A DNA stretch of 64,000 nt from an uncultured bacterium (lineage in GTDB: Bacteria; Oederibacteriota; Muellerivitia; Muellerivitales; Muellerivitaceae), in the NCBI GenBank assembly GCA_964624625.1, contig CAZUXW010000006.1:13896-77895 (forward strand). Direction: 5' to 3'. Below, piece by piece: positions 10,103 through 20,886 of this stretch. The first letter of the stretch is position 1. Every line of letters starts with the position of its first letter. The position numbers were made by a program, and so were the translations under genes. The notes below the pieces were generated by a model. The model saw only the letters and a program-made list of their open reading frames with translations. It did not search any database and was not told the origin of the DNA.

Positions 10103-11902
10103 TTAATCCTCGACTTTTAACACCACCATGAAGGCTTCCTGGGGTATTTCCACGCTTCCAATCGACTTCATTCGCTTCTTGCCTTCTTTTTGCTTGTCCA
10201 GGAGTTTGCGCTTGCGGGAGATGTCCCCCCCATAGCACTTGGCCAGGACGTCCTTGCGGCGGGCCCTGACCGTTTCCCGGGCGATGATCTTTCCGCCGAT
10301 GGCCGCCTGGATGGGAACCTCGAACATTTGTTCAGGAATGATTTCCTTCAGCTTTTCCGCGATGCTTCTGCCGCGGATCGCCGCCCGGTCCTTGTGCACC
10401 ATAAAGGAGAGCGCGTCGACCACCTCGTTATTCAGGAGAATATCCACTTTGACCACATCCCCCGCGCGGTAGCCAATGGGCTCATAATCCAGGGAAGCGT
10501 AGCCCTTGGTGGCGCTCTTGAGCTTATCGAAGAAATCCATGACCACTTCCGCCAGCGGGAGCTCGTAGGTAATTACCGCCCGGGTGGTGTCGAGGAAGCT
10601 GGTGTCTTTATGGTCCCCTCTTTTGCCCTGGCAGAGGGTCATCACGGCGCCGATGTAATCGGCCGGGACAATCACCTTGGCGGCAATATAGGGCTCCAGA
10701 ATTTCCTCAATGAGGGTCGTGTCGGGAAGCTTGCTGGGATTATCTATTAATATTTCTTCCCCGTTGGTTTTCTTGACGCGGTAAATAACGCTGGGGGCGG
10801 TCGCGATCAAATTGAGGTTATATTCCCTCTCGAGCCTCTCCTGGACGATTTCCATGTGGAGGAGGCCTAAAAACCCGCAGCGGAAGCCGAAGGACAAGGC
10901 CAGGGAGGTTTCCGGCTCGTAGGACAGGGCCGCGTCGGAGAGCTTTAATTTGGACAAGGCTTCCTTCAACTGGTCGTAATCGTCCGTACTGACCGGGTAG
11001 AGTCCGCAAAAAACCATGGGCAGCACGTCTTTAAAACCCGGCATGGCCTCAGCGGTGGGCCGGCCTTCCTCGGTGATCGTATCCCCCACCTTGGCGTCCC
11101 GGACGTCCTTGATATTGGCAGCCACATAGCCGACTTCCCCCGCCGAGAGGGTTTCGGATTTTTCCATTTTGGGTTTGAAGACCCCGATTTCCTCCACCTC
11201 AAAAACCTTGTTGGTCGCCATGAATTTCATCTTGGTGTTTTTTTGGATGGACCCGTTGATGACCCGGATGAAAATCATCACTCCCCGGTAGATGTCGAAC
11301 ATCGAGTCGAAAATGAGGGCCTTCAGGGGCTCCTCCGCGTTTCCCTTCGGGTAGGGCACCCGGGTGACGATCGCTTCCAATATTTCCTCGATGCCGATGC
11401 CTTCTTTGGCGGAGGCGAGAATGGCCTCGGAGCCTTCGATGGTGAGCGATTCCTCCATTTGTTTTTTGCACCGTTCCACGTCCGCGGCCGGCAGGTCGAT
11501 CTTATTGATCACGGGGATGATCGTGAGGTTTTGGTCAATGGCCAAAAAAGCGTTGGCCAGGGTTTGGGCTTCCACGCCCTGGGAGGCGTCAATGAGCAAG
11601 AGGGCCCCCTCGCAAGCCTTCAAGCTGCGGGAGACCTCATAGTTAAAATCCACATGGCCCGGCGTGTCGATCAGGTTCATCTCGTACTTCAGGCCGTCCT
11701 TGGCTTTATAGAAAAACCTGACCGCCTTGGCCTTGATGGTAATGCCCCTTTCCCGCTCCAGGTCCATTTGGTCCATGAGCTGGGCCCTCATTTCCCGGGG
11801 GGGGATGGCGCCGGTAAATTCCAGCAGCCGGTCCGCCAAGGTGCTTTTCCCGTGGTCGATATGGGCGACGATGCAAAAATTTCGAATATGGCTTAACGAC
11901 AA
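10103..11902 (-). CDS. lepA: Elongation factor 4 (LepA)
   Basis: [47 protein letters not shown]. Confidence 0.99.
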   Translation of the reverse strand: MSLSHIRNFCIVAHIDHGKSTLADRLLEFTGAIPPREMRAQLMDQMDLERERGITIKAKAVRFFYKAKDGLKYEMNLIDTPGHVDFNYEVSRSLKACEGALLLIDASQGVEAQTLANAFLAIDQNLTIIPVINKIDLPAADVERCKKQMEESLTIEGSEAILASAKEGIGIEEILEAIVTRVPYPKGNAEEPLKALIFDSMFDIYRGVMIFIRVINGSIQKNTKMKFMATNKVFEVEEIGVFKPKMEKSETLSAGEVGYVAANIKDVRDAKVGDTITEEGRPTAEAMPGFKDVLPMVFCGLYPVSTDDYDQLKEALSKLKLSDAALSYEPETSLALSFGFRCGFLGLLHMEIVQERLEREYNLNLIATAPSVIYRVKKTNGEEILIDNPSKLPDTTLIEEILEPYIAAKVIVPADYIGAVMTLCQGKRGDHKDTSFLDTTRAVITYELPLAEVVMDFFDKLKSATKGYASLDYEPIGYRAGDVVKVDILLNNEVVDALSFMVHKDRAAIRGRSIAEKLKEIIPEQMFEVPIQAAIGGKIIARETVRARRKDVLAKCYGGDISRKRKLLDKQKEGKKRMKSIGSVEIPQEAFMVVLKVED

Positions 11903-11988
11903 GGCTGGGTCTCCTGTTCGGTTTGAGGGGACGTAGTATAGGACAGGGTTCGGGGAAAAAGAAGAATGAGATGGGCTGTTCCAGGCGG

Positions 11989-12019
11989 AAAAGCCCAGGA
12001 ACCCCGGAAAGGTTCCTGG
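11989..12019 (-). terminator. Intrinsic terminator ending the CBM/porin locus
   Basis: CCAGGAACC/GGTTCCTGG 9-bp stem with short U tract on the minus strand, 6 nt after the stop at 12026. Confidence 0.65.
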
Positions 12020-12025
12020 CGGCCT

Positions 12026-12862
12026 TTAAGGCAGGAACTCCACGTTATCGATCCAGAAGTCCGTACGGGTCACGACGGGACTGCCGGGCGATCCGGCGGT
12101 GTTGTCGCTGTAGGTCCATTGCAAAAAGATGATTTTATCCAGGTGGGCTGCCAAATTATTGGGCGAGGGAGCCGTGCCAAAGCTGGGCCAGCTGAACTGG
12201 TTCCAAGTGAGGGTGATGGTCTGCCAAGTCCCGGCCGTGGGGTCCGTCCCCTTCGGCATCGCGGCTTGGTAATGGTCATAACAGCCCCCGCTGCAGCCAA
12301 CGCCGGTGCAAATGCCGCCGGAGGTTCCCGAATGGGCCGCGGGCGGTTCGGTTTGGTCGATGACCACTTGGAAGACAGGGCTTGTGTTCGTGTCGGTCGG
12401 TTGGACGTTAATCATGAACTGGATACCCGTATAGGCGCTGGCGTCAAAATAAGTGCCAGCGGTTTGGTTGTAAAGGGGGCAAACCAATTGGTCGGCCTCA
12501 TAACCGCAGCCTGTACCAGCCGCCCTTAAATCCGCGGCAAAGTGGAGGGCGAAATTGCTGGAGTTGGTCGCGTCAGGGACCGTGTTGTGAACCACGAAGA
12601 CTGTCGGCACGGTGTTGGGGGCGTAGCCGGGACCGCCGAAAGTGGCAAGCCTCCAAGTCCCGTTGTTGGTGCCGGCGAGCAGCGGGCTGATATTGGGGCT
12701 TCCATTTTCAAAATCCGAAATGACGTTGGGGGCAAGGGGCGCGGGAGCCGGGGCTAAAACCCTCGGCAATGCCGGAACCTTGCCGTTACATCCCTGGCTC
12801 GAGACCAGGACGACCAGCGACAAACAGCCGGCGACGAAACATAAACCTTTGAACCGTCCCAT
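12026..12862 (-). CDS. Lipoprotein with CBM11/CIA30-like beta-sandwich domain
   Basis: Lipobox-like SQGC; ISDFENG, FDASAYTGIQF, WQTITLTWNQF, IIFLQW, FWIDNVEF; Cys pairs GGIC..GCYDHY; ATG 12862 with GGAGG SD. Confidence 0.6.
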   Translation of the reverse strand: MGRFKGLCFVAGCLSLVVLVSSQGCNGKVPALPRVLAPAPAPLAPNVISDFENGSPNISPLLAGTNNGTWRLATFGGPGYAPNTVPTVFVVHNTVPDATNSSNFALHFAADLRAAGTGCGYEADQLVCPLYNQTAGTYFDASAYTGIQFMINVQPTDTNTSPVFQVVIDQTEPPAAHSGTSGGICTGVGCSGGCYDHYQAAMPKGTDPTAGTWQTITLTWNQFSWPSFGTAPSPNNLAAHLDKIIFLQWTYSDNTAGSPGSPVVTRTDFWIDNVEFLP

Positions 12863-12882
12863 CGAAAAGCCTCCCTCGACCC

Positions 12883-13713
12883 TCATTTAAAGAATTGTAC
12901 CTCATCCACCCAAAAATCAACCCCCGCGATTCCCGCGATGTTGGCATTGCTTTCTTCCCATTGCAACCAAAGGACTTCCTTCAGGTTTTCACCGGTCAAA
13001 TTAGGCGGATTCATCGGCCAACCAAAGCCCCCCCGGGTTAAATCGGTGAACTTCACCGAGAATTTCCGCCAGGACCCGTTGGTACTGGGAAGGGTCAAGG
13101 TGAAATGGTCGTAACACTTGCCTGTGGAATTGTCGCAATTTCCAGCGGGCGGGGCCTGGGTCTGGAGGGTGGGAATTTGGAAGACTCTTTTTAAGACCTT
13201 GTCCGCGGCGGAGGTTTTGTAATAAAAGTTCACTCCCGTGAAAAAGCTCATGTCGTACTTCGAACCGCTTTCCATGGGAATCTGGAAATCCACGGCCGGG
13301 AAAACGTTGTTGCTAAGATCCGTCACGGCCCCGGAAATATGGGCGGCCCAAAGGCTGTTGTTCGCTCCCGGCCCCTCGAAATCCAGAACGGCGTTCTCAT
13401 AGATTGAAAAATTATTGACGACCTGAACCGAACCGGGAAATTGAAGTTGATTCCCTGGTATGGGTTCGAAGAGCAAGGGATTGATCGGATAAAAAGAAAC
13501 GGGAAACCCGTTGATATCGGTTAAGGGGCCGCTGGGCGGTTGGGACGAGGGAAGGGTTGAGGGAACGCTGTTGAAATCAACCACCACTGTCCGGTCAGCG
13601 GTCGTGGCCGGCGCCGAATAGGCTCCCACTGGCGCGACCTTGGCTTCGCAGCCAGCCCAAAGGGCGGCGCAGGACAGGGCCAGGAGGAAAAAAAGGTTAA
13701 AACATGATTTCAT
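12883..13713 (-). CDS. Lipoprotein with CBM11/CIA30-like domain (paralog)
   Basis: Lipobox WAGC; YDMSFFTGVNFYYK, GNC..KCYDHF, WRKFSVKFTDL, VLWLQW, FWVDEVQFF. Confidence 0.6.
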   Translation of the reverse strand: MKSCFNLFFLLALSCAALWAGCEAKVAPVGAYSAPATTADRTVVVDFNSVPSTLPSSQPPSGPLTDINGFPVSFYPINPLLFEPIPGNQLQFPGSVQVVNNFSIYENAVLDFEGPGANNSLWAAHISGAVTDLSNNVFPAVDFQIPMESGSKYDMSFFTGVNFYYKTSAADKVLKRVFQIPTLQTQAPPAGNCDNSTGKCYDHFTLTLPSTNGSWRKFSVKFTDLTRGGFGWPMNPPNLTGENLKEVLWLQWEESNANIAGIAGVDFWVDEVQFFK

Positions 13714-16066
13714 AAGTCAGCTCCATGTACTGGTTGTTCAATGTCGCCGCGGGAAGGGGCGCGATCGCCGTGATCCCCGTGGTCAAGGAATAGTCCAGGT
13801 AAAAATTCGAGTTGCGGTTCGCGTGGAAGGCGGTCGACAGTTTTAAGCTTTGCGTTTGATTGTCCACGTAGAAAACCGAGTAGCCCAAGCCGAGGGGCGG
13901 ATTGATGTCGGTATTGTCAAAAATATACGGATAACGGGCAAAGGTAGTGCCGCCATAACCCGCATCCGCGCCCTTGCTCCTTTTGTAACTATAGGCCGCC
14001 GTCACATCCAAGGCCGGCAAAACCCCGACTTTGATTCCGCTGAGGATCCAAGCACTATCCAAAGTCCCCAGGCCGCTGCTGGTCTGCTCATACCGCACAT
14101 TGGCCCCGATTTCCAAGTCCCGGTCCCACTGGATCAAGGGACCGATATTCAAGGAAGGACCCACGTTGATGTAGGTGAAGGTCCTCATGGGCACAGGTAC
14201 GGCCGCTGTCCCGTCCAAAACCGTGACGCTGGTTTGCGCTGGGTTGGAGACAAGGTTACCACTAATTTCCTGGACGAAGTAGACCGACCCCTTGATCTTG
14301 AGGGCCTGTTTTTCCAGGGCTTTCACGTCCAAATCAATGCCCAGTCCCTGGCGGTTGGGCGTGCCGAGGCCGTAAGGAAACGTATTATCCTCGGTGCGGT
14401 CATAGAAGCTGAAAATACCGCTGGGCCTGGGAACGTTGGTAAAAAGGAACCGGCTGCGCAGGGGAGTTTGGAATATGTCCGTTGTATCCCTCACAGTAGG
14501 GCCGTTGAACAGGTCCTGCCTTTGATATAGATCCTGACGTACTTGGGCCAGGGGGGAGTAATAAGAAGGACCCACGTCCAGGAAGCTGAAACTAATTTTG
14601 GATTGCTCCAATTGGAAATAGGCTCCACCGGTGGCGGCGTAGTCGCTGATGATTTTATTGTTGTCCCTCTTGTCATCCTGGTAGCTGGAGAAGGCCAGAT
14701 CCCCCCCAAGGCCGAAATAAAAATTTCCACCGAAACCAAGCCGCAAATCCGGGGTCCAGCTCCCCACCAGATATTGGTGGGCCCAAGTGGATGGGTCGGT
14801 AGTGTTGTAGAGAGTGCCGGGAGTGTTGGTATCAAGGGGTTCGTCTAAGATGACACCTTGGGCGCCAAGGTTCAACTGCAGGGATAAGTTGCTAAAATAC
14901 CATTTTTTGGAAGCCAGGCTCGCCTGCCCCCCGAAAACCCAGTCGGTAAAATTGGTCGGGCCGAAGAAGTTTCCGTTTTTAGTATCAGCGTTGAACCCGT
15001 TGGCGATCATATTGGCGAAAACCGACGCCTTGAACCTTTCCACGACAGGCGAGTCGGCCCAAGCCAGTTCCGTCCCTATCCGAAGGCCGCGGAATGGCCA
15101 TTGGGTGGCGTTATCGAAGTAGCTCTCATACTTTTCTTGGCTGTCCCTGCGGGCCACCATTTCCGGTATGTATTTGAGATCGAGATTGTTCCGGTTCCAA
15201 AGGGTAAAGGGCGTGTAGGACTCGTCGAAATCCCCCACCGTGGCGGTGAACCAATCAGGGCTGAAGACCATGGTGATGCGTTGGAAATTCATGGAATCGG
15301 TGCTGAGATCCGGCTGGAACCTGGTTTGAAACCGCAAGATGGCGTCCCATTTGACTTGTTTGGAAATAGCTCCGGTCGGTTTTAAGTCCAAATAGCCCCA
15401 GGTTTCCCGGTAGCCGGGATCGGGAAAGTTGTAATCCCCATAATACTGGCGGGAAAAGGCGAAGGCCCTCCCTAAACCGTGGAAGGCAACGTTGGGATAA
15501 TCGGTAAAGCCCTTAAGCCTCTGGAAAATATCGTATTGGGATGCGTCCACCGCCGCGGCACGGCTTTCCCTGGATTTAACCTCATCCTCCACCCTTTTTA
15601 GCTCAAATTGGTAAGCCTCGGCCAAGCTGTGGAGATTTTTTTCAGCTTGGGCCAGTTCCGCCTGGCTGGGGGCGGCGGGAACAACCGCCGGGGCCGCTGG
15701 CGGTGGTGCCGGCGCGGAGGCCGCAGGCGCGGCGGACAAAACCGCGGGAGAGGCGGGGGCCGTGGTAGGAGCCAAACTATCCGTGTCCCCCGGAGGCGGA
15801 GGAATATCATCAGCCTGGGCCACCACGATTTCCCCGTATTTTTCCTGGGCCTGTAGGATTTTTCGGGCCACCTCAAAGCGGGTCAGGACTTTCGAGGATT
15901 CCCCATCAGGAAGGAGTCCCGCTTTTTCCAATTGGGACAATTGGGCGTAAGTCGCGTCCCCTGGAGGTACGACCGAGAATAGATCCCCGCCCGCCAAGGC
16001 CGCGGCCGGAAGGATAATGGAAAGGACCGCCAGGGTCCAAATTTTGAAATTAGAAGGATACTTCAT
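13697..16066 (-). CDS. Putative outer-membrane beta-barrel with degenerate SLH domain and coiled coil
   Basis: Signal peptide; FSVVPPGDATYAQLSQLEKAGLL..LTRFEVA (SLH-like); Pro/Ala linker; heptad segment; amphipathic strands; C-terminal YEIMF. Confidence 0.6.
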   Translation of the reverse strand: MKYPSNFKIWTLAVLSIILPAAALAGGDLFSVVPPGDATYAQLSQLEKAGLLPDGESSKVLTRFEVARKILQAQEKYGEIVVAQADDIPPPPGDTDSLAPTTAPASPAVLSAAPAASAPAPPPAAPAVVPAAPSQAELAQAEKNLHSLAEAYQFELKRVEDEVKSRESRAAAVDASQYDIFQRLKGFTDYPNVAFHGLGRAFAFSRQYYGDYNFPDPGYRETWGYLDLKPTGAISKQVKWDAILRFQTRFQPDLSTDSMNFQRITMVFSPDWFTATVGDFDESYTPFTLWNRNNLDLKYIPEMVARRDSQEKYESYFDNATQWPFRGLRIGTELAWADSPVVERFKASVFANMIANGFNADTKNGNFFGPTNFTDWVFGGQASLASKKWYFSNLSLQLNLGAQGVILDEPLDTNTPGTLYNTTDPSTWAHQYLVGSWTPDLRLGFGGNFYFGLGGDLAFSSYQDDKRDNNKIISDYAATGGAYFQLEQSKISFSFLDVGPSYYSPLAQVRQDLYQRQDLFNGPTVRDTTDIFQTPLRSRFLFTNVPRPSGIFSFYDRTEDNTFPYGLGTPNRQGLGIDLDVKALEKQALKIKGSVYFVQEISGNLVSNPAQTSVTVLDGTAAVPVPMRTFTYINVGPSLNIGPLIQWDRDLEIGANVRYEQTSSGLGTLDSAWILSGIKVGVLPALDVTAAYSYKRSKGADAGYGGTTFARYPYIFDNTDINPPLGLGYSVFYVDNQTQSLKLSTAFHANRNSNFYLDYSLTTGITAIAPLPAATLNNQYMELTYEIMF

Positions 16067-18317
16067 AGGAAGCCCTCCAAATCTCATCCCAGCGCTCATA
16101 GTCGGGATTATCGGTAGTGTATTGGGTCAGGAACAGGTCGCCCTTGAACCGGATTTCGGGAGTGAAGGGAAACTCCAAGCCGTAAGCCAATGTCGTCTTG
16201 GTGGCATTGAGCGATTCGTAGGAATAACTTCCGATGCTGGAGTTGTCCAAATAGAAGGGATAATTAGCGTAGGAGGAGGGATTCCCCTGTCCGGTCAATA
16301 TAAATTCTTTACCCGAGGATCCGGTCCGGACAAAGGCGAAGGAGCCCACCAGGGAAATTCCCGGAATGGGAATGGAAAAATCCGCCGCCAGGATGACCGT
16401 ATCGGTGATAAGGGGATCCCCCAATCCTACGAGGGTGGTTTTTTGGTTCTTATAATCCAACCCGATGGAATAGGTCCGGTCCTTCAGGCCAGCGGCCTTG
16501 GCGATGTCGGCGCCGACCGCCGCCTCCAACCCGCCGAACGTCCGGATGGTGGAAACGTTGGGGGGCGTGTTCGTCTCAACCGCTACGGCTCCGTCGCCCA
16601 ATCCATCCAGGACATAATTGGGTTGAATCTCATGCATGCCCAGGCTGCCCGAATCGAGGACAAAAGAAGCTTGGGGTTTCAACCAACCATCTTTGCCGAT
16701 ATCGGCTGAAATCCCCAGGATGATTCCCAAACGGTTGGGAGTGGCGTCCCCGTAGGGAAGAATATTTTCCACCGTGCGGTCATAAGCAGCGAAGGCAGGC
16801 CGGTTCACGCCTTGGAAAACATAATTATTGATATAGCCAGGCAGGTTGTTGTCCAGGTAAAGATTGGTGCTGATGTAACCCTTGGCTCCCGGCAGGGCGT
16901 TATAACGGTTGGTCTGGGCTCCAGGGGAATAAAAGAAGGGGCCGATATTCATGTACTTGGCCTTCAAATGGACTCCGAACAGGTTGACCGAGCCTTCGGA
17001 CAAGAGGGCCCAATCCTGGAAAGTGCGGTCCGCGTTTCGGCTGTCATCGTTGTATTGGCTGAAAGCGGCTTCCGTGTTGCCGGACAAACTGATCTGGTCG
17101 GCTATCGGCAGGTTGAAGCGGGCGCTGATACTCCCAATTTGGTACTGCTTGGCGAAACTGAGGGAAAAATCGGGAAGGTAAGGGACGCTGGCGCTGTTGG
17201 GATCATCCCAGAGAAGCAACCCTGTTCCCTTGAATTCCAGGTTGTCGTTGAAAAAACTCATGGAAGCCTGGGTCCCGGCGTAATAATCGCTGAAGCTTTG
17301 TTCAGTGGACGACTTCAATTCTCCCGCCATGGCCTGGACCTTGAGGCGGCCCAGCACCTCGTTATCGGGCCAACCCAGCGCGGTGGAGGCTTGAAAGCCC
17401 CTCATGTGCCAATCCGTGCCGTGATCCATGTAAACAATTTCCTCAACGTCCTTCCTGGTCCGCCTAAAGGAAGTTGGTTCAATGAAGGTGTAAACCGGCA
17501 CTTCATAATTCCAAAGGGTGAGCTTGGTGTACTTCTGGTAGAAATCCCCGGCGGTGAAGGTGAATTGTTCGTTGTAATTTTTCAGGGCCAGCCAGCGCAG
17601 GACCAAGGGAGGCGTGATGGGATCAACATAATAGAGACCCACGGTGCGGTACAGCCGGGTTTTGGCCTCGAACAAGAGAAAAGGCACCGGTACACTCTTG
17701 ATCCCAAAATCGATCATCATGACATCGTTGTAATCCATGTTGCCATAGGCCGCGCCATCCCCGTAACCACGGTAAGTGTTGAATATGCCGTGGGAGAACC
17801 CGGTCATTTCCGAGCCAGTCCGTTTAAGGTATTCCTGCTGGAGATCGGCGAATTGACCAGCTCGGAGCTGTTGGTCGTAAAGCTTGTCCTCCAACTTGGC
17901 CAGGTTCACGTTCATCGCCGATATTTCCGACTTGAACTCCTCTACCAGGTCCCTCAGGCTCTTGGAAGCGGCCGGGGCGCTGTTGTCCGCTGGCGCTGCC
18001 AGGGAGGGTTGGGCCAATTCACCCGGAAGGCCGGGAGGCAGCCCATCCAAAGACGGCGGCGGTAAAACGTCCGCTTGGGCCAATATCATTTGGGCCGCTT
18101 GGGCTGTGAGTTGGGCCACTTGAAGATTTGTCATATCCCTTACCGGCCCTTTTGGTTTTTCAGCCCAGCCAGCCGCGACCAAATCCTTGACCCTCTCGTC
18201 GATCCAAGGATCCCGGTCATGGGAGGACAAGGTCCCATGACTCGCCCACAAGGGCGAGGCCCAGGCGAGAGCCAGGCAAAAGGTCAATTGGAAGAGGATC
18301 CGCTTTTTCACTTTCAA
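16050..18317 (-). CDS. Putative outer-membrane beta-barrel with degenerate SLH domain and coiled coil (paralog)
   Basis: Signal peptide; DPWIDERVKDLVAAGW..MTNLQVA; LRDLVEEFKSEISAMNVNLAKLEDKL coiled coil; C-terminal YEVSF. Confidence 0.6.
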   Translation of the reverse strand: MKVKKRILFQLTFCLALAWASPLWASHGTLSSHDRDPWIDERVKDLVAAGWAEKPKGPVRDMTNLQVAQLTAQAAQMILAQADVLPPPSLDGLPPGLPGELAQPSLAAPADNSAPAASKSLRDLVEEFKSEISAMNVNLAKLEDKLYDQQLRAGQFADLQQEYLKRTGSEMTGFSHGIFNTYRGYGDGAAYGNMDYNDVMMIDFGIKSVPVPFLLFEAKTRLYRTVGLYYVDPITPPLVLRWLALKNYNEQFTFTAGDFYQKYTKLTLWNYEVPVYTFIEPTSFRRTRKDVEEIVYMDHGTDWHMRGFQASTALGWPDNEVLGRLKVQAMAGELKSSTEQSFSDYYAGTQASMSFFNDNLEFKGTGLLLWDDPNSASVPYLPDFSLSFAKQYQIGSISARFNLPIADQISLSGNTEAAFSQYNDDSRNADRTFQDWALLSEGSVNLFGVHLKAKYMNIGPFFYSPGAQTNRYNALPGAKGYISTNLYLDNNLPGYINNYVFQGVNRPAFAAYDRTVENILPYGDATPNRLGIILGISADIGKDGWLKPQASFVLDSGSLGMHEIQPNYVLDGLGDGAVAVETNTPPNVSTIRTFGGLEAAVGADIAKAAGLKDRTYSIGLDYKNQKTTLVGLGDPLITDTVILAADFSIPIPGISLVGSFAFVRTGSSGKEFILTGQGNPSSYANYPFYLDNSSIGSYSYESLNATKTTLAYGLEFPFTPEIRFKGDLFLTQYTTDNPDYERWDEIWRASYEVSF

Positions 18318-18329
18318 AACCCTTCTTTA

Positions 18330-20807
18330 TTAAAAAACAAAGTAAAGCTGGCTGAACACCTGGTCGCCCTCATAGCTGTTGGCGGCAACGTTGGCGCTGT
18401 GGAAGATCAAATGTTTGTAACGGCAAATCCATTTCGCGCCTCCCCAGGGGATATCCCAGGACAAACCGGCGCCAATGGAATCGGTCCGGTAATCGATGAG
18501 GGGGTAGGTGTAATCGCATTTCCAATATTCCATTCCCAATTCACCGGACAGGTTCAGGTTCTTAAGGGCCTGGATCATTAAGGTGCCGTCGTAAACCGTC
18601 TGGTCAAACAAGGACGGGATATCGGCCTGGGTTGGGTCGGTAGCTTTCCCGGAGACTCGGTTGTCCGTGAAGAAAAAGGCGCCATAGAAGGGCGCTTCCA
18701 TGCCCAACATTTTGTTGAGCTTGAGCTTGGTGGTCAGGGTGATGTAATTGTAGGACTTCAAGTGGGTCAAGTTGATAAAGCTGTTAAACCCGCTGCCCAC
18801 GGTGACGGGCCTGCCGTTCACGTCCTGGATATTCTCGTTGGGCACCGGCAGGATCAGGGGAATCCTCTCCGTACTCATTTGGAATTGGTAACGAACATCG
18901 TAAAGGAGGGCCCCCGGATCCCCGTCATCACGAATCGCCTGGATGTTGCTGCTATAAGTGCTTCGAACGGAGTAAGGATTGGGATAGCCGCCCCAGAAAT
19001 TCAGGCCCCAGAGTCCCTCGTCATCGGGGTAATAAAAAGAAAGCATGTTGATAGGCTCTATCACGTTATAACCGGTGGGACTATAGACCGTCGAATATTC
19101 GGTCTTTTGGGCAACGTCGAAATTAACGACCACATTATCCAAAAAGCTGGGCCAGCTTTTCATCCAATCCTGCTTGCGGCCGTTCCATCCTAAATTCACC
19201 TTCCAGCCGTAACGGTCGCTGATCAGGTTATCCACTTCCCCGACGGCCCCATATACGTCCGGAACGTGGTCCTGAGTGAAGTTCACCCCATATCGGGCTA
19301 GGTTGAAACCGCTCATCATGACCCTGCTCTGGAAATTGGCGTAATCGTCGCTGATGGCTTGATAGGAAACCGTGAAGGGATAACAGGACAGGGAGGCCAA
19401 GCCTGCCCCCGCTTCCACGGCTTTGGGATTTAAGTCCGACAGGTTATTGAGATCGAGTCCGGTGCGGAAATAGGACCCTCCCCACTCAAGGGACAAATAG
19501 AAGGGTTTGAGATCGACGCCCAAGTCCACTTCCAGGCACTTCAGGTCCAATTGGGCCACCAGCGGCTGGGAGATTCCGAAATTATCGTTCACCCATTGGG
19601 TCGCCACCGAGGTCCGGATCAGGCCGTTGGCGAATGGCTGGGAATACTTGAGCGCTTCTTCCCATCTCTGGGTTTGGGTGGCGGAAGTTCCCATGCGGCC
19701 CACCAAGAAGTTGATTTTGGCGTCCTTGGAAACCAGGGGTAGGTTGGTACCGGTCATAAAAAGCCCGTCAAAAACCCGGTCATTGGTGGATTGGGCTCCA
19801 ACGGAGGCGGTGGCGACGAAGCCGATGCTGTCCATATAGTCATCCCAAATTTTGGTGTCCTTATCGTCGGAAAAGTTTTTGACCTCAAATGGCCTCTCAA
19901 AACGCCGAATCGATGTCGGCGAAACGCCCCTGGTAAAATCACCCAAAGTCGTATCCGGCTTATAAGCCTCCACCGCGAAATTGGTGTCCCAACGGCCCAA
20001 AGAACCGTCAAGGATGAAATTGACGGCGGGGGCATAAGGCGCCAGGGAAACGGCCCCTGCGTTGGAGTTGGAGGAGGAAACCTGTCCCGTAAAGCCCACG
20101 TCAATGGCTCCTTTCCCTCCCAGGTCGGTGTAGATTTCCATTTTAATTTCATTGATCGCCCGCGAGACATTTTCCGTTGCGATACCCGACAAATGGATAT
20201 TCTCGAAACGCGTATAGGACTTGGTGTTGAAATGGGGAATGCCGCCGGATTTATTGGCCTTCTTCCAGACCGAATCCACCTCATCTTGGATGGGTTTTAA
20301 CTTCGCGATTTCATCTTCGCGCCCTTTCAAACGTTCGTCGTTGAGGGCCAAGCGGGTCCTTAAAGCCGCGGACTCAGCCCGCAGTTCCTTCAACAGCTCG
20401 TCAATCTCGCTCCTGACTCCGGGAGCGACAAATACGGGCATCGGCGTCGGGGTGGACAAAAGCGCAGGAGGAAGCGTCATCAGATCGGGCGACGCCGGTT
20501 GGAGGAAAGGAACGGGGGTGGGGGTAGCGGGCAGGGGCTGTCCCAATTGGGGGGCGGAAATCCGGGCCTTGGCCTTTTCAGTGTAGAAAGCCAGTTCCAT
20601 TTTGGTGACAACCTTGCCCTCGTCGAGCACAGCCTTATCCCCGGGGTCCAACAAGCCGTAATCCCCCAGTTTTTTCACCCGCTGGTAAAGTTTTTGGTCG
20701 GAGGTGATTTGCTCGTAGGGATTGGCGAAAAGTCCCGTGGCGCCGGCGCCGAGGAAAAGGGCCAAAAGGAAAAGCCGCGCTGGGATGGTCTTGAACCTCA
20801 AGCTCAA
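18330..20807 (-). CDS. Putative outer-membrane beta-barrel with degenerate SLH domain and coiled coil (paralog)
   Basis: Signal peptide; LYQRVKKLGDYGLL..VTKMELA; EIDELLKELRAESAALRTRL coiled coil; C-terminal LYFVF. Confidence 0.6.
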   Translation of the reverse strand: MSLRFKTIPARLFLLALFLGAGATGLFANPYEQITSDQKLYQRVKKLGDYGLLDPGDKAVLDEGKVVTKMELAFYTEKAKARISAPQLGQPLPATPTPVPFLQPASPDLMTLPPALLSTPTPMPVFVAPGVRSEIDELLKELRAESAALRTRLALNDERLKGREDEIAKLKPIQDEVDSVWKKANKSGGIPHFNTKSYTRFENIHLSGIATENVSRAINEIKMEIYTDLGGKGAIDVGFTGQVSSSNSNAGAVSLAPYAPAVNFILDGSLGRWDTNFAVEAYKPDTTLGDFTRGVSPTSIRRFERPFEVKNFSDDKDTKIWDDYMDSIGFVATASVGAQSTNDRVFDGLFMTGTNLPLVSKDAKINFLVGRMGTSATQTQRWEEALKYSQPFANGLIRTSVATQWVNDNFGISQPLVAQLDLKCLEVDLGVDLKPFYLSLEWGGSYFRTGLDLNNLSDLNPKAVEAGAGLASLSCYPFTVSYQAISDDYANFQSRVMMSGFNLARYGVNFTQDHVPDVYGAVGEVDNLISDRYGWKVNLGWNGRKQDWMKSWPSFLDNVVVNFDVAQKTEYSTVYSPTGYNVIEPINMLSFYYPDDEGLWGLNFWGGYPNPYSVRSTYSSNIQAIRDDGDPGALLYDVRYQFQMSTERIPLILPVPNENIQDVNGRPVTVGSGFNSFINLTHLKSYNYITLTTKLKLNKMLGMEAPFYGAFFFTDNRVSGKATDPTQADIPSLFDQTVYDGTLMIQALKNLNLSGELGMEYWKCDYTYPLIDYRTDSIGAGLSWDIPWGGAKWICRYKHLIFHSANVAANSYEGDQVFSQLYFVF

Positions 20808-20886
20808 AAGAAACCTCGAAATAATTTATTGATGAAACCCCTGATAAAAACCAGGCCGCGACGGCGGCGGTCATCCCAACGAGCTT